64,000 bases of DNA from contig JAZPXL010000005.1 in NCBI GenBank assembly GCA_045543615.1, positions 132,436 to 196,435 on the forward strand, read 5' to 3'. The translations under genes and the position numbers were made by a program. The stretch comes from Eubacteriales bacterium. Lineage in GTDB: Bacteria; Bacillota; Clostridia; Oscillospirales; CAG-272. Below the pieces are notes generated by a model. That model worked only from the letters and a program-made list of their open reading frames with translations. It was not told where the DNA came from and did no database searches. Positions 17,619 through 26,507 of the stretch are shown here, piece after piece; within the stretch, counting starts at the first letter, position 1; the number at the start of each line of letters is the position of its first letter.

Positions 17619-18146
17619 ATGGCAGAGATTACAGTTCGAGTTATCGACAAAGCGCACAAAGAGGACATCAATATAAAAAACGAGCCGTTCGAGCTTTTCG
17701 GACGAATGGTTGTTTCCTACAACGATGGTTGGAGCTACACCTGTGACCGCTTTGATTGCACAAGCAAGATGTGCTTCCCCGATGAAAATTATGATTATGA
17801 GGCTATGGCGGCTGATTGTTTTTTCGTTGGTGCTTACGATGGTGAGAGGTGCATCGGTCTTGCAATTCTCCAAAAACAATGGCACAAATATCTTTATTTG
17901 TACGATCTTAAGGTAAACCGTGACTATCGTAGCCGTGGTGTTGGCAGCAAGCTTATTGAAGAGTCAGTACGAATTGCTCTGAAAAACTCATACAGGGGGC
18001 TTTACACCATAGCTCAGGACAACAACCTTGCCGCCTGCCGTTTTTACATCAAATGCGGCTTCTCGATTGGTGGACTTGATACAAGAGTTTACACCGGAAC
18101 ATCCCAAGAGGGTAAAAAAGATATAATTTTCTATTTTGATGCGTAA
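17619..18146 (+). CDS. GNAT N-acetyltransferase, streptothricin acetyltransferase (Sat/SatA)-like
   Basis: Start moved to the ATG at 17619 (GGAGGG RBS). The track start at 17562 has no RBS. EPFELFGRMVVSYNDGWSYT and YTIAQDNNLAACRFYIKCGFSIGGLDTRVYTG closely parallel remembered Sat4/SatA motifs (EPFEVIGKIIP..., ETQDNNLIACKFYHNCGFKIGSVDTMLY). Confidence 0.7.
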   Translation: MAEITVRVIDKAHKEDINIKNEPFELFGRMVVSYNDGWSYTCDRFDCTSKMCFPDENYDYEAMAADCFFVGAYDGERCIGLAILQKQWHKYLYLYDLKVNRDYRSRGVGSKLIEESVRIALKNSYRGLYTIAQDNNLAACRFYIKCGFSIGGLDTRVYTGTSQEGKKDIIFYFDA

Positions 18147-18153
18147 AATAAAG

Positions 18154-18189
18154 AAACCCCGACTCGCTCGTTGAGCGAGTCGGGGTTTT
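18154..18189. terminator. Bidirectional terminator between the acetyltransferase and hydA
   Basis: CCCCGACTCGCT(C)-GTTG-AGCGAGTCGGGG, flanked by an A run on one side and a T run on the other. Confidence 0.8.
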
Positions 18190-18213
18190 ATCAGTTTGCC
18201 TTACGGATGAATA

Positions 18214-19968
18214 TTAAAGACCTCTCTTGATATAGTGAGTGTGGAGGATCTCGTGTGCCTTATGGCTGTTGGGCTCGCCGAAGAATTCGGTGTAGAGCTG
18301 CCATACTGCAGAGTTCTTCTGGGACTCACGGATATCGCAAGCTTCATCATCACGATACAGAACAGCTGCACGGAGAGCACGGAGGTCAACTGTGTTACGA
18401 ACGGATGCGGGCTGATAAGGCTGACCACCACCGTTTACGCAACCACCGGGACATCCCATAATCTCGATGAACTGAACATCAACAACGCCTGCCTCAACAT
18501 CCTTGAGGAGTGCCTTTGCTGCCTTTGTACCGGAAGCAACAGCAACGCTGATTGTTGTCTCGCCGATCTTGTATGTAGCAACACGATACTCGTTGTCATT
18601 ACCCTGACGACGAATTTCGGGTGTCTCAAGAGGCTTCTCGAGAGGCTTGCCAAGGATAACCTCAGCTGCGTAACGGAGAGCTGCCTCCATAACGCCACCT
18701 GTTGCACCAAAGATCGCACCTGCAGATGTACCAAGATCGAAGGGCTTGTCAAATGCTTCGTCATCAAGCTCTCTAAACTTGATGCCTGCCTTCTCGATCA
18801 TTCTGCCAACCTCACGGGTTGTGATAGCAACGTCAACATCAGGATATCCGGATGCAGACTGACCGGGTCTTTCAACCTCAAACTTCTTAGCAGTACAAGG
18901 AATTGCGGAAACAAAGAAGATATCCTTAGGATCAATGCCTTCCTTCTGTGCGAAGTATGTCTTCATAACTGCACCAAACATCTGCTGAGGAGACTTGCAG
19001 GTAGAAAGGTTGTCTGTGAAATCAGGGAAATAGTGCTCGCAGTACTTGATCCATCCGGGTGAGCAGGATGTGATCATAGGAAGCTTACCACCATTCTGGA
19101 GGCGACCCATAAGCTCGGTAGCTTCCTCGATGATTGTAAGGTCTGCTGTGAGGTTCATATCGAATACGCCGTCAAAGCCGAGAGCCTTGAGAGCTGCAAC
19201 CATCTTGCCCTCAACATCTGTGCCGGGCTCGTAGCCGAAGCACTCGCCGAGCTGTGCACGAACGGAAGGAGCTGTGCAAATATAAACCTTCTTTGTGGGA
19301 TCAGCGATAGCTGCCTTAACAGCATCTGTATCGTCTCTCTCGTAGAGTGCGCCAACAGGGCAAGCAACGATACACTGACCACAGTTGATACAAGCAGTGT
19401 CAGCAAGCTTTACGTTGAAAGCAGAGCCGATAGTGGTGTCGAAACCACGCTCGTTTGCGCCGATTACGCCGATGTCCTGCATTGTCTTACAAGCAGCAAC
19501 GCAACGACGGCAAAGGATACACTTGTTGTTGTCACGAATAATGGGAGAGGATGTGTCAACATCATATGTTGTAACTTCTCCGCTGAATCTTGTCTCGTCA
19601 ACGCCATACTCGTTGCAAAGCTTCTGAAGCTCACAAGTTGTAGAGCGTACGCAAGAGAGACACTTTCTGTCGTGATTGGAAAGAACGAGCTCGAGGTTCG
19701 TCTTTCTTGCTGCGTGAATCTTGGGAGTGTCGGTAAGAATCGACATACCCTCTGTTACAGGATATACGCAGGCTGTTACCATACGGTAGGGCTTGCCACC
19801 CTCGGAAACTTCAACAAGGCAAAGACGGCACGCGCCGATCTCGTTGATGTCCTTAAGATAGCAAAGTGTGGGAATATCTATTTTAGCAACACGGGCAGCC
19901 TCAAGAACGGTCATACCCTTGTCTACGGCATAATCTCTGCCGTTTATCTTGACATTAACTTTTTCCAT
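18214..19968 (-). CDS. hydA: [FeFe] hydrogenase catalytic subunit (HydA of the trimeric NAD/ferredoxin-dependent type)
   Basis: Start set at ATG 19968 (AGGAGG RBS; MEKVNVKINGRDY). N-terminal 2Fe-2S and 4Fe-4S Cys clusters. H-cluster motifs TSCSPGW, IPCTAKKFE and EIMGCPGGCVNGGGQP. Confidence 0.93.
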   Translation of the reverse strand: MEKVNVKINGRDYAVDKGMTVLEAARVAKIDIPTLCYLKDINEIGACRLCLVEVSEGGKPYRMVTACVYPVTEGMSILTDTPKIHAARKTNLELVLSNHDRKCLSCVRSTTCELQKLCNEYGVDETRFSGEVTTYDVDTSSPIIRDNNKCILCRRCVAACKTMQDIGVIGANERGFDTTIGSAFNVKLADTACINCGQCIVACPVGALYERDDTDAVKAAIADPTKKVYICTAPSVRAQLGECFGYEPGTDVEGKMVAALKALGFDGVFDMNLTADLTIIEEATELMGRLQNGGKLPMITSCSPGWIKYCEHYFPDFTDNLSTCKSPQQMFGAVMKTYFAQKEGIDPKDIFFVSAIPCTAKKFEVERPGQSASGYPDVDVAITTREVGRMIEKAGIKFRELDDEAFDKPFDLGTSAGAIFGATGGVMEAALRYAAEVILGKPLEKPLETPEIRRQGNDNEYRVATYKIGETTISVAVASGTKAAKALLKDVEAGVVDVQFIEIMGCPGGCVNGGGQPYQPASVRNTVDLRALRAAVLYRDDEACDIRESQKNSAVWQLYTEFFGEPNSHKAHEILHTHYIKRGL

Positions 19969-19981
19969 TTTGGGCTCCTCC

Positions 19982-21868
19982 TTATTCCTTAACAATAGCA
20001 GCGAACTTACACTTTTCCATACAAGCGCCGCACTTGATACACTTGCTTGTATCGATGACGTGAGGATTCTTTACTGTTCCACTGATTGCGCCAACAGGGC
20101 AAACACGTGCACAAGCTGTACAACCACGGCACTTATCCTCGATGATGCGATAGCGCAGAAGCTTCTTACATACGCCGGCAGGACATCTCTTGTCAACGAT
20201 ATGTGCAACATACTCATCTCTGAAGTATCTGAGTGTGGAAAGAACGGGGTTAGGAGCAGTCTGACCGAGACCACAGAGGGAGTTAGCCTTGATGTAGTTG
20301 GAAAGCTCCTCAAGCTTGTCAAGGTCTTCAAGCTCGCCGTTGCCCGAAATGATCTTATCAAGGATCTCAAGCAGACGCTTCGTACCGATACGGCAAGCTG
20401 TACACTTACCACAAGACTCGTCAACTGTGAACTCAAGGAAGAATTTAGCAATATCAACCATACAGTTGTCTTCGTCCATAACGATAAGTCCACCCGAACC
20501 CATCATAGAGCCGATAGCGAGAAGGTTATCATAGTCAATAGGAGTGTCAATGAGGTGTGCGGGGATACATCCACCGGAAGGACCACCTGTCTGAGCAGCC
20601 TTGAACTTCTTGCCGTTCGGGATACCGCCACCGATGTCCTCGATAACTTCACGAAGTGTTGTTCCCATAGGAACTTCAACAAGACCTGTATGTGTGATCT
20701 TTCCACCGAGAGCAAATACCTTTGTTCCCTTGGACTTCTCTGTACCCATAGACTGGAACCACTCAGCACCGTTGAGAACGATCTGAGGAATGTTTGCGTA
20801 TGTCTCAACGTTGTTGAGGACGGTGGGCTGTCCGAAGAGACCCTTTACTGCAGGGAAAGGAGGACGGGGACGGGGCTCACCACGATTACCCTCAATGGAT
20901 ACCATAAGAGCTGTCTCCTCACCGCAAACGAATGCGCCTGCGCCGAAACGGAGAGAAATATCGAAATTGAAGCCTGTGCCGAAGATGTTCTTGCCGAGGA
21001 TGCCTGCTTCGCGAGCCTGCTTGAGAGCGATCTCAAGACGGTTGATAGCGATAGGATACTCTGCACGAACATATACATAACCCTCGTCAGCACCGATAGC
21101 GTAGCCTGCAAGAGCCATAGCCTCGATAACTGCGTGGGGGTCGCCCTCAAGGATGGAACGGTCCATAAATGCACCGGGGTCGCCCTCGTCGGCGTTACAA
21201 GCAACATACTTCTTTACGTTGCCACGGTTGGAGCAAGCGAACTTCCACTTAAGACCTGTGGGGAAGCCTGCGCCTCCACGTCCACGGAGTCCGGATGCAA
21301 GAACAAGGTCGATAAGCTCATCGGGAGTCATCTCTGTGAGAGCCTTTGCGAGAGCCTGGTAACCGTCACGAGCTATGTAGTCCTCGATCTTCTCGGGGTT
21401 AACAAGTCCGCAGTTACGGAGAGCAACACGATGCTGCTTCTGATAGAAGCTTGTGTCGTTGAGCTTGGGAATAACAACTCCACCCTCAGCAGCGTCACGG
21501 TAGAGATACTTGTCTACGGGAACTCCACCAACGATGTGAGAGTCGATGATCTCATCGAGATATTCGGGCTGTACCATACTGTAGAATGTTCCCTCGGGGT
21601 AAACGATCATAATCGGGCCGAGAGCACAGAGACCGAAGCAACCTGTCATTGTTACCTCAACATCATCGGTAAGTCCGTGAGAAGCAAGACGATCCTTGAG
21701 AATGTCTATAAGCTTAGGGCTGCCGGAAGATGTACAGCCTGTACCACCACAGACGAGAATCTGTCTCTTATATTTACAACCGGTGTAGTCAGCACCTGTA
21801 AGCATAGCGATTTTGGAGCTATACTCGTTCTTAACTTCATTAAGAGCTGCAATAGTTTTGATTTCCAT
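19982..21868 (-). CDS. hydB: Hydrogenase NuoF-like flavoprotein subunit (HydB)
   Basis: 628 aa. GRGGAGFPTGLKW (FMN/NADH site), ESCGKCTACRIG, and two C-terminal CxxCxxCxxxCP ferredoxin motifs. AGGAGGA RBS. Confidence 0.92.
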   Translation of the reverse strand: MEIKTIAALNEVKNEYSSKIAMLTGADYTGCKYKRQILVCGGTGCTSSGSPKLIDILKDRLASHGLTDDVEVTMTGCFGLCALGPIMIVYPEGTFYSMVQPEYLDEIIDSHIVGGVPVDKYLYRDAAEGGVVIPKLNDTSFYQKQHRVALRNCGLVNPEKIEDYIARDGYQALAKALTEMTPDELIDLVLASGLRGRGGAGFPTGLKWKFACSNRGNVKKYVACNADEGDPGAFMDRSILEGDPHAVIEAMALAGYAIGADEGYVYVRAEYPIAINRLEIALKQAREAGILGKNIFGTGFNFDISLRFGAGAFVCGEETALMVSIEGNRGEPRPRPPFPAVKGLFGQPTVLNNVETYANIPQIVLNGAEWFQSMGTEKSKGTKVFALGGKITHTGLVEVPMGTTLREVIEDIGGGIPNGKKFKAAQTGGPSGGCIPAHLIDTPIDYDNLLAIGSMMGSGGLIVMDEDNCMVDIAKFFLEFTVDESCGKCTACRIGTKRLLEILDKIISGNGELEDLDKLEELSNYIKANSLCGLGQTAPNPVLSTLRYFRDEYVAHIVDKRCPAGVCKKLLRYRIIEDKCRGCTACARVCPVGAISGTVKNPHVIDTSKCIKCGACMEKCKFAAIVKE

Positions 21869-21886
21869 AGTAATCCTCCTTTATCC

Positions 21887-22384
21887 TCAATCCTTGTACT
21901 TAGCGAGGATAGTAGCAACGTCAGCCTTTGTAAGTCTGCCGTATACCTCACCGTTAACCGTGAGAACAGGTGCAAGACCGCACGCACCGATGCAACGGGT
22001 AGCCTCAAGCGAGTACTTACCGTCAGGGCTTGTTCCACCCTCTTCGATGCCAAGCTGCTTTGAGAATTCCTCGAGTATCTCGCCCGAACCCTTAACGTAG
22101 CAAGCTGTACCGAGACAGATAGCAATAGCTACCTCGCCATTGGGATTGAGCTTGAACTGTGAGTAGAAGGTAACGATACCGTAGATCTCCTCAACAGGAG
22201 TGTCGGTCTTCTCAGCGATAATGCGCTGTACCTCGATGGGAAGGTAGCCGTAGATTTCCTGAGCTTCCTGGAGTATGGGCATCATCTTACCCCTGACTCC
22301 ATCGTACTTGGCAATTACGGCAAGAAGCTTCTCTTCCTGCTCGGGAGTGCCGCGAAATTCGACCGTAGTCAATTTCTTTTTCAT
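21887..22384 (-). CDS. hydC: Hydrogenase NuoE-like 2Fe-2S subunit (HydC)
   Basis: 165 aa. CLGTACYVKG...ATRCIGACGLAPV thioredoxin-like ferredoxin pattern. AGGAGGA RBS. First gene of hydCBA. Confidence 0.9.
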   Translation of the reverse strand: MKKKLTTVEFRGTPEQEEKLLAVIAKYDGVRGKMMPILQEAQEIYGYLPIEVQRIIAEKTDTPVEEIYGIVTFYSQFKLNPNGEVAIAICLGTACYVKGSGEILEEFSKQLGIEEGGTSPDGKYSLEATRCIGACGLAPVLTVNGEVYGRLTKADVATILAKYKD

Positions 22385-22540
22385 AAGTTTGAGTCCTCCT
22401 ATGTATGTTTAAAAAATTATTTTCCAAATAAAAAACGAGAATAACCGTAAATAAACTTTACAAGCCAAATTCACATAAAAACAAGTGGATTTTTCCCGCA
22501 AAAAACCATCCGTGATGAAATTGCGCACCACGACAGATAT

Positions 22541-22569
22541 ATTATACTACATTTTCATAAAAAAGTCCA
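22541..22569 (-). promoter_or_regulatory. Candidate promoter for hydCBA (TGGACT-17-TATAAT)
   Basis: On the minus strand, TATAAT is at 22546-22541 and TGGACT at 22569-22564, with a 17-nt spacer. This leaves a leader of about 150 nt that contains the hairpin CGTGGTG...CATCACG. Confidence 0.4.
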
Positions 22570-22611
22570 TACCTCAAACGAAAATAATCGAGGAAAAATC
22601 GAGTTTTTTTG

Positions 22612-22652
22612 CAAAAAAATGCAGGAGCTTTCTCCACTTCCTGCATATTTTT
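22612..22652. terminator. Hairpin with flanking A and T runs (bidirectional terminator-like) between rpsI and the hyd promoter
   Basis: ATGCAGGA (22619-22626) pairs with TCCTGCAT (22639-22646). A7 upstream and T5 downstream on the plus strand; T7 follows on the minus strand. Confidence 0.5.
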
Positions 22653-22817
22653 AAGAATAATTATTAAATTTTGAATATACTTGATAATTTAATATTCAAT
22701 TAAGCAAGTCGGCCTCTTCTCTGCGGCGTAACAATCGGTCATCAAAATCAGATTTTACGCCTCATTTTCGGCGAATTAAATCTATATTTAAATAAAATAT
22801 AAAAATATATACAGAAA

Positions 22818-22848
22818 CAAAAAGCTCTGCCGAAGCAGAGCTTTTTGT
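22818..22848 (-). terminator. Terminator after rpsI
   Basis: AAAAGCTCTGC-CGAA-GCAGAGCTTTT with flanking T run on the minus strand. Confidence 0.8.
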
Positions 22849-22874
22849 ATATCGAAATAATACATTTCGGTTGA

Positions 22875-23276
22875 TTATCTCTTTGAGAACTGGGATGCAC
22901 GACGAGCAGCCTTGAGACCGTACTTCTTTCTTTCCTTCATACGAGGATCGCGAGTAAGGAAGCCTGCTGCCTTGAGTGCGGGCTTGTTTGCCTCGTCAGC
23001 GAGAACGAGAGCACGGGAGAGGCCGTGGCGAATTGCGCCTGCCTGTCCGGAGAAACCACCGCCTGTTACGTTAGCAACGATGTCATACTTGCCAACATTG
23101 CCTGTAACCTCGAAGGGCTGGTTTACGATGAGCTTCATTGTAGCGAGACCGAAGTATTCGTCGATGTCTCTGCCGTTAATGGTGATAGCACCTGTTCCGG
23201 GATATACTCTTACACGAGCAACGGATTTCTTTCTTCTGCCGGTTCCGTAGAAATAAGGCTTTGCACTTGTATACAT
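22875..23276 (-). CDS. rpsI: 30S ribosomal protein S9
   Basis: 133 aa ending ...[28 protein letters not shown]. Confidence 0.97.
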   Translation of the reverse strand: MYTSAKPYFYGTGRRKKSVARVRVYPGTGAITINGRDIDEYFGLATMKLIVNQPFEVTGNVGKYDIVANVTGGGFSGQAGAIRHGLSRALVLADEANKPALKAAGFLTRDPRMKERKKYGLKAARRASQFSKR

Positions 23277-23303
23277 TTGTTAATCTCCTTTCTACTTCTT
23301 CGA

Positions 23304-23729
23304 TCAGTCGATAGCAACGGGCTTCTGAGCCTGGTGCTTGTGAGCTTCGCCTGCATATACGTGCAGTCTTGTCATCGACTTGCGGCCGATGGTGTTTGCG
23401 GGGAGCATTCTCTTTACAGCGAGCTCCATAGCCATCTCGGGACGGGTTGCCATAAGTGTCTTGTACTGAATGGACTTGAGGCCGCCGATATAGCCGGAAT
23501 GATGACGATAGTACTTCTGCTCAAGCTTTCTGCCTGTCAGAACTGCCTTGTCAGCGTTGATGATGATTACGTACTCGCCGCAGTCAACGTGGGGTGTGAA
23601 CTCGGGGCGATGCTTGCCGCGAAGAATGTTTGCGGCCTTAACTGCCGTTCTACCAAGGGGCTTGCCTGCTGCGTCGATAACGTACCAGCGGCGCTCCACG
23701 GTCTCGGGCTTTGCCATGTAAGTGGACAT
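23304..23729 (-). CDS. rplM: 50S ribosomal protein L13
   Basis: Start set at ATG 23729 (GGAGGAAACAAAATG), giving [20 protein letters not shown]... (141 aa). The 169-aa track version adds an unsupported extension. Confidence 0.95.
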   Translation of the reverse strand: MSTYMAKPETVERRWYVIDAAGKPLGRTAVKAANILRGKHRPEFTPHVDCGEYVIIINADKAVLTGRKLEQKYYRHHSGYIGGLKSIQYKTLMATRPEMAMELAVKRMLPANTIGRKSMTRLHVYAGEAHKHQAQKPVAID

Positions 23730-23784
23730 TTTGTTTCCTCCAAATAAATTCTCGGGGCATAGTACCCCCTTTTCAGACTTGCTT

Positions 23785-23813
23785 ATTATACCACTAACAC
23801 TTTCGCTTGTCAA
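23785..23813 (-). promoter_or_regulatory. Consensus promoter for rplM-rpsI (TTGACA-17-TATAAT) with a short hairpin-containing leader
   Basis: On the minus strand, TTGACA is at 23813-23808 and TATAAT at 23790-23785. The leader contains GGGGGTACTATGCCCC just before the RBS, so it may be an L13 autoregulatory leader. Confidence 0.65.
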
Positions 23814-24004
23814 TACCTTTTTTGAAATTTTTTTGATTTTTTTAATTTAGCACCCCATTTCCTTTGATTTTCTCCGTTTTTTGCCCGTTTTGCTCTCTCG
23901 TTTATAACCTCTGTTCACATTTTTTTAATATCATTTCTCCGTTTTTCAGCATTTATTGCTATGCACGAGAATATATTATAGTATAAAAAACAGGAGGTCA
24001 TAGG

Positions 24005-24949
24005 ATGATAACAAAATACAAACCCGAGGGGATGCTTATACATACGCCTGAAAACAGAGGATATATCTCATCAATTCCCGGCATCGAGCGTGCGATGCTG
24101 ACCGGAGAGATACTTGAAGAAACTGCTCTTCTATGTGATGGAGAGATGAATCTTCATTTTGATCTTTGTGGAGTACACGGTATTATGCCAAAGGGGGAAG
24201 TGCTCTACACCCGTCCCGGTGAGGCGCAGAAGGATATTGCAGTAATTACAAGGGTGGGCAAACCCGTTTGCTTCCGTGTCATAGGGCTTGACCGTAGCAC
24301 AAGCGAGCCTATTGCTTATCTCTCACGGCGAATTGTCCAGAGGGACTGTATGCATAATTTCGTATCGGAGCTGATGGCAGGAGACATCGTGCGAGTAAAG
24401 ATCACGCATCTTGAGTCCTTTGGTGCATTTGCTGACATCGGATGTGGTATCTCTGCGCTAATGCCTGTCGATTCTCTGTCGGTGTCAAGAATTTCGCACC
24501 CTCGCGACAGACTTTGCTGCGGCAATTTCGTCTATGCTGTTGTCAAGACGGTTGACAACGAAAGCGGAAGGATTTTTTTAAGCCAAAAGGAGCTTCTTGG
24601 CACTTGGGAGGAAAACGCCGCCCACTTCTCCGTAGGACAGACGGTTGCGGGGATCATACGCAGTGTGGAAAGCTACGGTATTTTTATTGAGCTGACACCA
24701 AACCTTGCAGGGCTTGCAGAGCTGAGGGGCGACATTGACGACATAATCGTCGGTGACACGGCTGCAGTATTCATCAAGAACATCATTCCTGAGAGAATGA
24801 AGCTCAAGTTGATTTTGATTGATACACACGAATCGTGCTCCGACTTTACTCCCGTCAAGTATTACATAGATTGCGAGCGCACAGAGCATATAGACTATTG
24901 GCGTTATTCACCCGAATGCTGTGCAAGAACGGTTGAAACTGTATTTTAA
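24005..24949 (+). CDS. S1 RNA-binding domain protein (multiple S1 domains)
   Basis: 314 aa. GDIVRVKITHLESFGAFADIGCGISALMPV and VGQTVAGIIRSVESYGIFIELTPNLAGLAE. AGGAGG RBS. Confidence 0.8.
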   Translation: MITKYKPEGMLIHTPENRGYISSIPGIERAMLTGEILEETALLCDGEMNLHFDLCGVHGIMPKGEVLYTRPGEAQKDIAVITRVGKPVCFRVIGLDRSTSEPIAYLSRRIVQRDCMHNFVSELMAGDIVRVKITHLESFGAFADIGCGISALMPVDSLSVSRISHPRDRLCCGNFVYAVVKTVDNESGRIFLSQKELLGTWEENAAHFSVGQTVAGIIRSVESYGIFIELTPNLAGLAELRGDIDDIIVGDTAAVFIKNIIPERMKLKLILIDTHESCSDFTPVKYYIDCERTEHIDYWRYSPECCARTVETVF

Positions 24950-24954
24950 AAACA

Positions 24955-24995
24955 GAAGCGAAAGCTGTACTATGACAGCTTTCGCTTCTTGCTTT
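24955..24995 (+). terminator. Rho-independent terminator
   Basis: GAAGCGAAAGCTGT / ACAGCTTTCGCTTC, followed by a T-rich tail. Confidence 0.75.
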
Positions 24996-25075
24996 GTAAT
25001 ATTCAGCGTATGCACTTGACTTATTTGCTTTTTTAGTGCATAATATTAGTAATCACTACATTTAAGGAAGATAAA

Positions 25076-26461
25076 ATGAAACGATTTAGAACGTCCTGGC
25101 TCTGCTTGCTTGCATCTTTGGCTCTCTGTCTCTCGCTTATAAGCTGTACTCCTCTCACCGAAGGTAGCGCAATAACTACCGAAGGACAGGAAATAACATC
25201 ATTCTTTGTTGATTCAACCTCATCTCCGTCCGATGACTCAACCACATCTCCCGAAAGTGACACTACCACCTCTTGCGAAAGCGTGACAGACACAAATACC
25301 GAGAGCGAAACCTCATCAAGAGAAGCTACGCTCTCTCCCGAAACCTCATACACTCCTGAGACTATATACACTCCTGAAACTACATACACTCCTGAGACTA
25401 CATACTCTCCCGAAACGACCTACACACCCGAGACTACATACTCTCCCGAAACAACGGAAGAGGAGACAAGCGATGTAGGTGGCGAGGTACAAAGCTCAAC
25501 ATTCTCGATACATTTCATTGATGTTGGGCAGGCTGATGCTGCACTTATTGAATGCGACGGCCGTTTTATGCTCATCGACGGAGGAAATGTTGATGATGCA
25601 AGCATCATCACCTCTGCGCTCAACACCCACAAGGTTGACAAGCTTGATATCGTGGTAGCGTCCCACGCTCACGAGGATCACATCGGAGGTCTTGCCTCTG
25701 CGCTGAATTTCAAGTCCACAGCTTTAACTCTTACGCCTACGACCTCGTATAACACCACAGCGTTCAAAAACTTTATTAACGCCGCAAATCGCAACAGCGA
25801 GAAAGTAAAGATACCATCAGTTGGCGACAGCTATCCTCTTGGAAGCTCGAACATAAAGATTATTGCAGTAAACTCTGCATCCGATGTAAACGAATCCTCT
25901 ATTATTCTTAAAATTGAATATGGTGAGACATCTTTCTTGTTTACGGGTGACGCTGAAAAAGGCGCAGAGCGTGCTGCGCTGGGCAGTGGATATGATCTGA
26001 AATCAACCGTTCTCAAGGTTGGACATCACGGAAGTAATACATCGTCATCCTCCGACTTTCTCAAGGCTGTAAATCCCGAATACGCCGTAATTTCAGTAGG
26101 CGAGGGCAACTCCTACGGACACCCGTCAAGTGACATTATTTCCCGTATTGCAAGCCTGGGTACTGCTATATACAGAACCGATCTTCAAGGTGACGTATAT
26201 TGCACAAGCGATGGCAAGAATGTAACTTTAAGGGCCGAGAAAAACGAGCATCTCGTCACCACTACCCCACCAAATGTTACCGATCCTGATATCGAAGAGG
26301 AAATCCTTACATACATCCTCAACACAAATTCAAAGAAATTCCACTGCGAAAGCTGCTCAAGCGCAGCAAAGATAAGCAGCAAAAACAAGCAAGTATTTAC
26401 AGGCAAGCGCAGCGAGCTTATCTCAGACGGATACTCTCCCTGTGGCTACTGCCATCCATAA
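25076..26461 (+). CDS. Secreted lipoprotein of the ComEC-type metallo-beta-lactamase fold, with a Thr/Pro/Glu-rich linker and a C-terminal Cys-rich zinc motif
   Basis: 461 aa. Lipobox-like LSLISC. MBL motif SHAHEDHIGG...GHHGS...YGHP. C-terminal HCESC...CGYCHP. Confidence 0.8.
   Translation: MKRFRTSWLCLLASLALCLSLISCTPLTEGSAITTEGQEITSFFVDSTSSPSDDSTTSPESDTTTSCESVTDTNTESETSSREATLSPETSYTPETIYTPETTYTPETTYSPETTYTPETTYSPETTEEETSDVGGEVQSSTFSIHFIDVGQADAALIECDGRFMLIDGGNVDDASIITSALNTHKVDKLDIVVASHAHEDHIGGLASALNFKSTALTLTPTTSYNTTAFKNFINAANRNSEKVKIPSVGDSYPLGSSNIKIIAVNSASDVNESSIILKIEYGETSFLFTGDAEKGAERAALGSGYDLKSTVLKVGHHGSNTSSSSDFLKAVNPEYAVISVGEGNSYGHPSSDIISRIASLGTAIYRTDLQGDVYCTSDGKNVTLRAEKNEHLVTTTPPNVTDPDIEEEILTYILNTNSKKFHCESCSSAAKISSKNKQVFTGKRSELISDGYSPCGYCHP
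25337..25456 (+). repeat. In-frame 18-bp tandem repeat (about 6.5 copies) encoding PET(T/S/I)Y(T/S)
   Basis: CCC GAA ACC TCA TAC ACT / CCT GAG ACT ATA TAC ACT / CCT GAA ACT ACA TAC ACT and so on. Peptide is PETSYTPETIYTPETTYTPETTYSPETTYTPETTYSPETT. Confidence 0.9.
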
Positions 26462-26467
26462 CTCAAA

Positions 26468-26505
26468 GAAATACGGCATCCTGATTGTAGGATGCCGTAT
26501 TGTTA
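26468..26505. terminator. Bidirectional terminator between the convergent MBL gene and pcrA
   Basis: ATACGGCATCCT-GATTGT-AGGATGCCGTAT (26471-26500). Confidence 0.7.
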
Positions 26506-26507
26506 TA

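Noticed and set aside
19969-19995. N-terminal extensions in the track for hydA (19995), rplM (23813), dnaE (43003), the PBP (38715), the acetyltransferase (17562), the SpoIID-like gene (53666), prfA (48294 TTG) and the 38863 TTG start
   Set aside because: In each case an internal ATG is preceded by a clear GGAG-type RBS and gives the canonical family N-terminus. The extensions lack an RBS or overlap upstream genes.
19949-22063. A 704-aa plus-strand ORF antisense to hydB and hydC
   Set aside because: The opposite strand carries unmistakable NuoF-like and NuoE-like genes with RBSs. The antisense product is Cys/Ser/Thr/Leu/Val-rich and has no motif. Long shadow ORFs are expected here because this genome's codon usage avoids TTA, CTA and TCA, whose complements are stop codons.
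22385-22612. Rex-type (TTGTGAA-N4-TTCACAA) or cre-type operators upstream of hydCBA and of the SBP operon
   Set aside because: Only half-site-like fragments are present, for example ATTCACATAAAAACAAGTG. There is no convincing palindrome, and a PWM scan would be needed.
25033-25389. A 118-aa minus-strand ORF (MYVVSGVYIVSGVYEVSG...) with its own repeat
   Set aside because: It is the antisense reading of the PETTYT repeat in the MBL lipoprotein gene.
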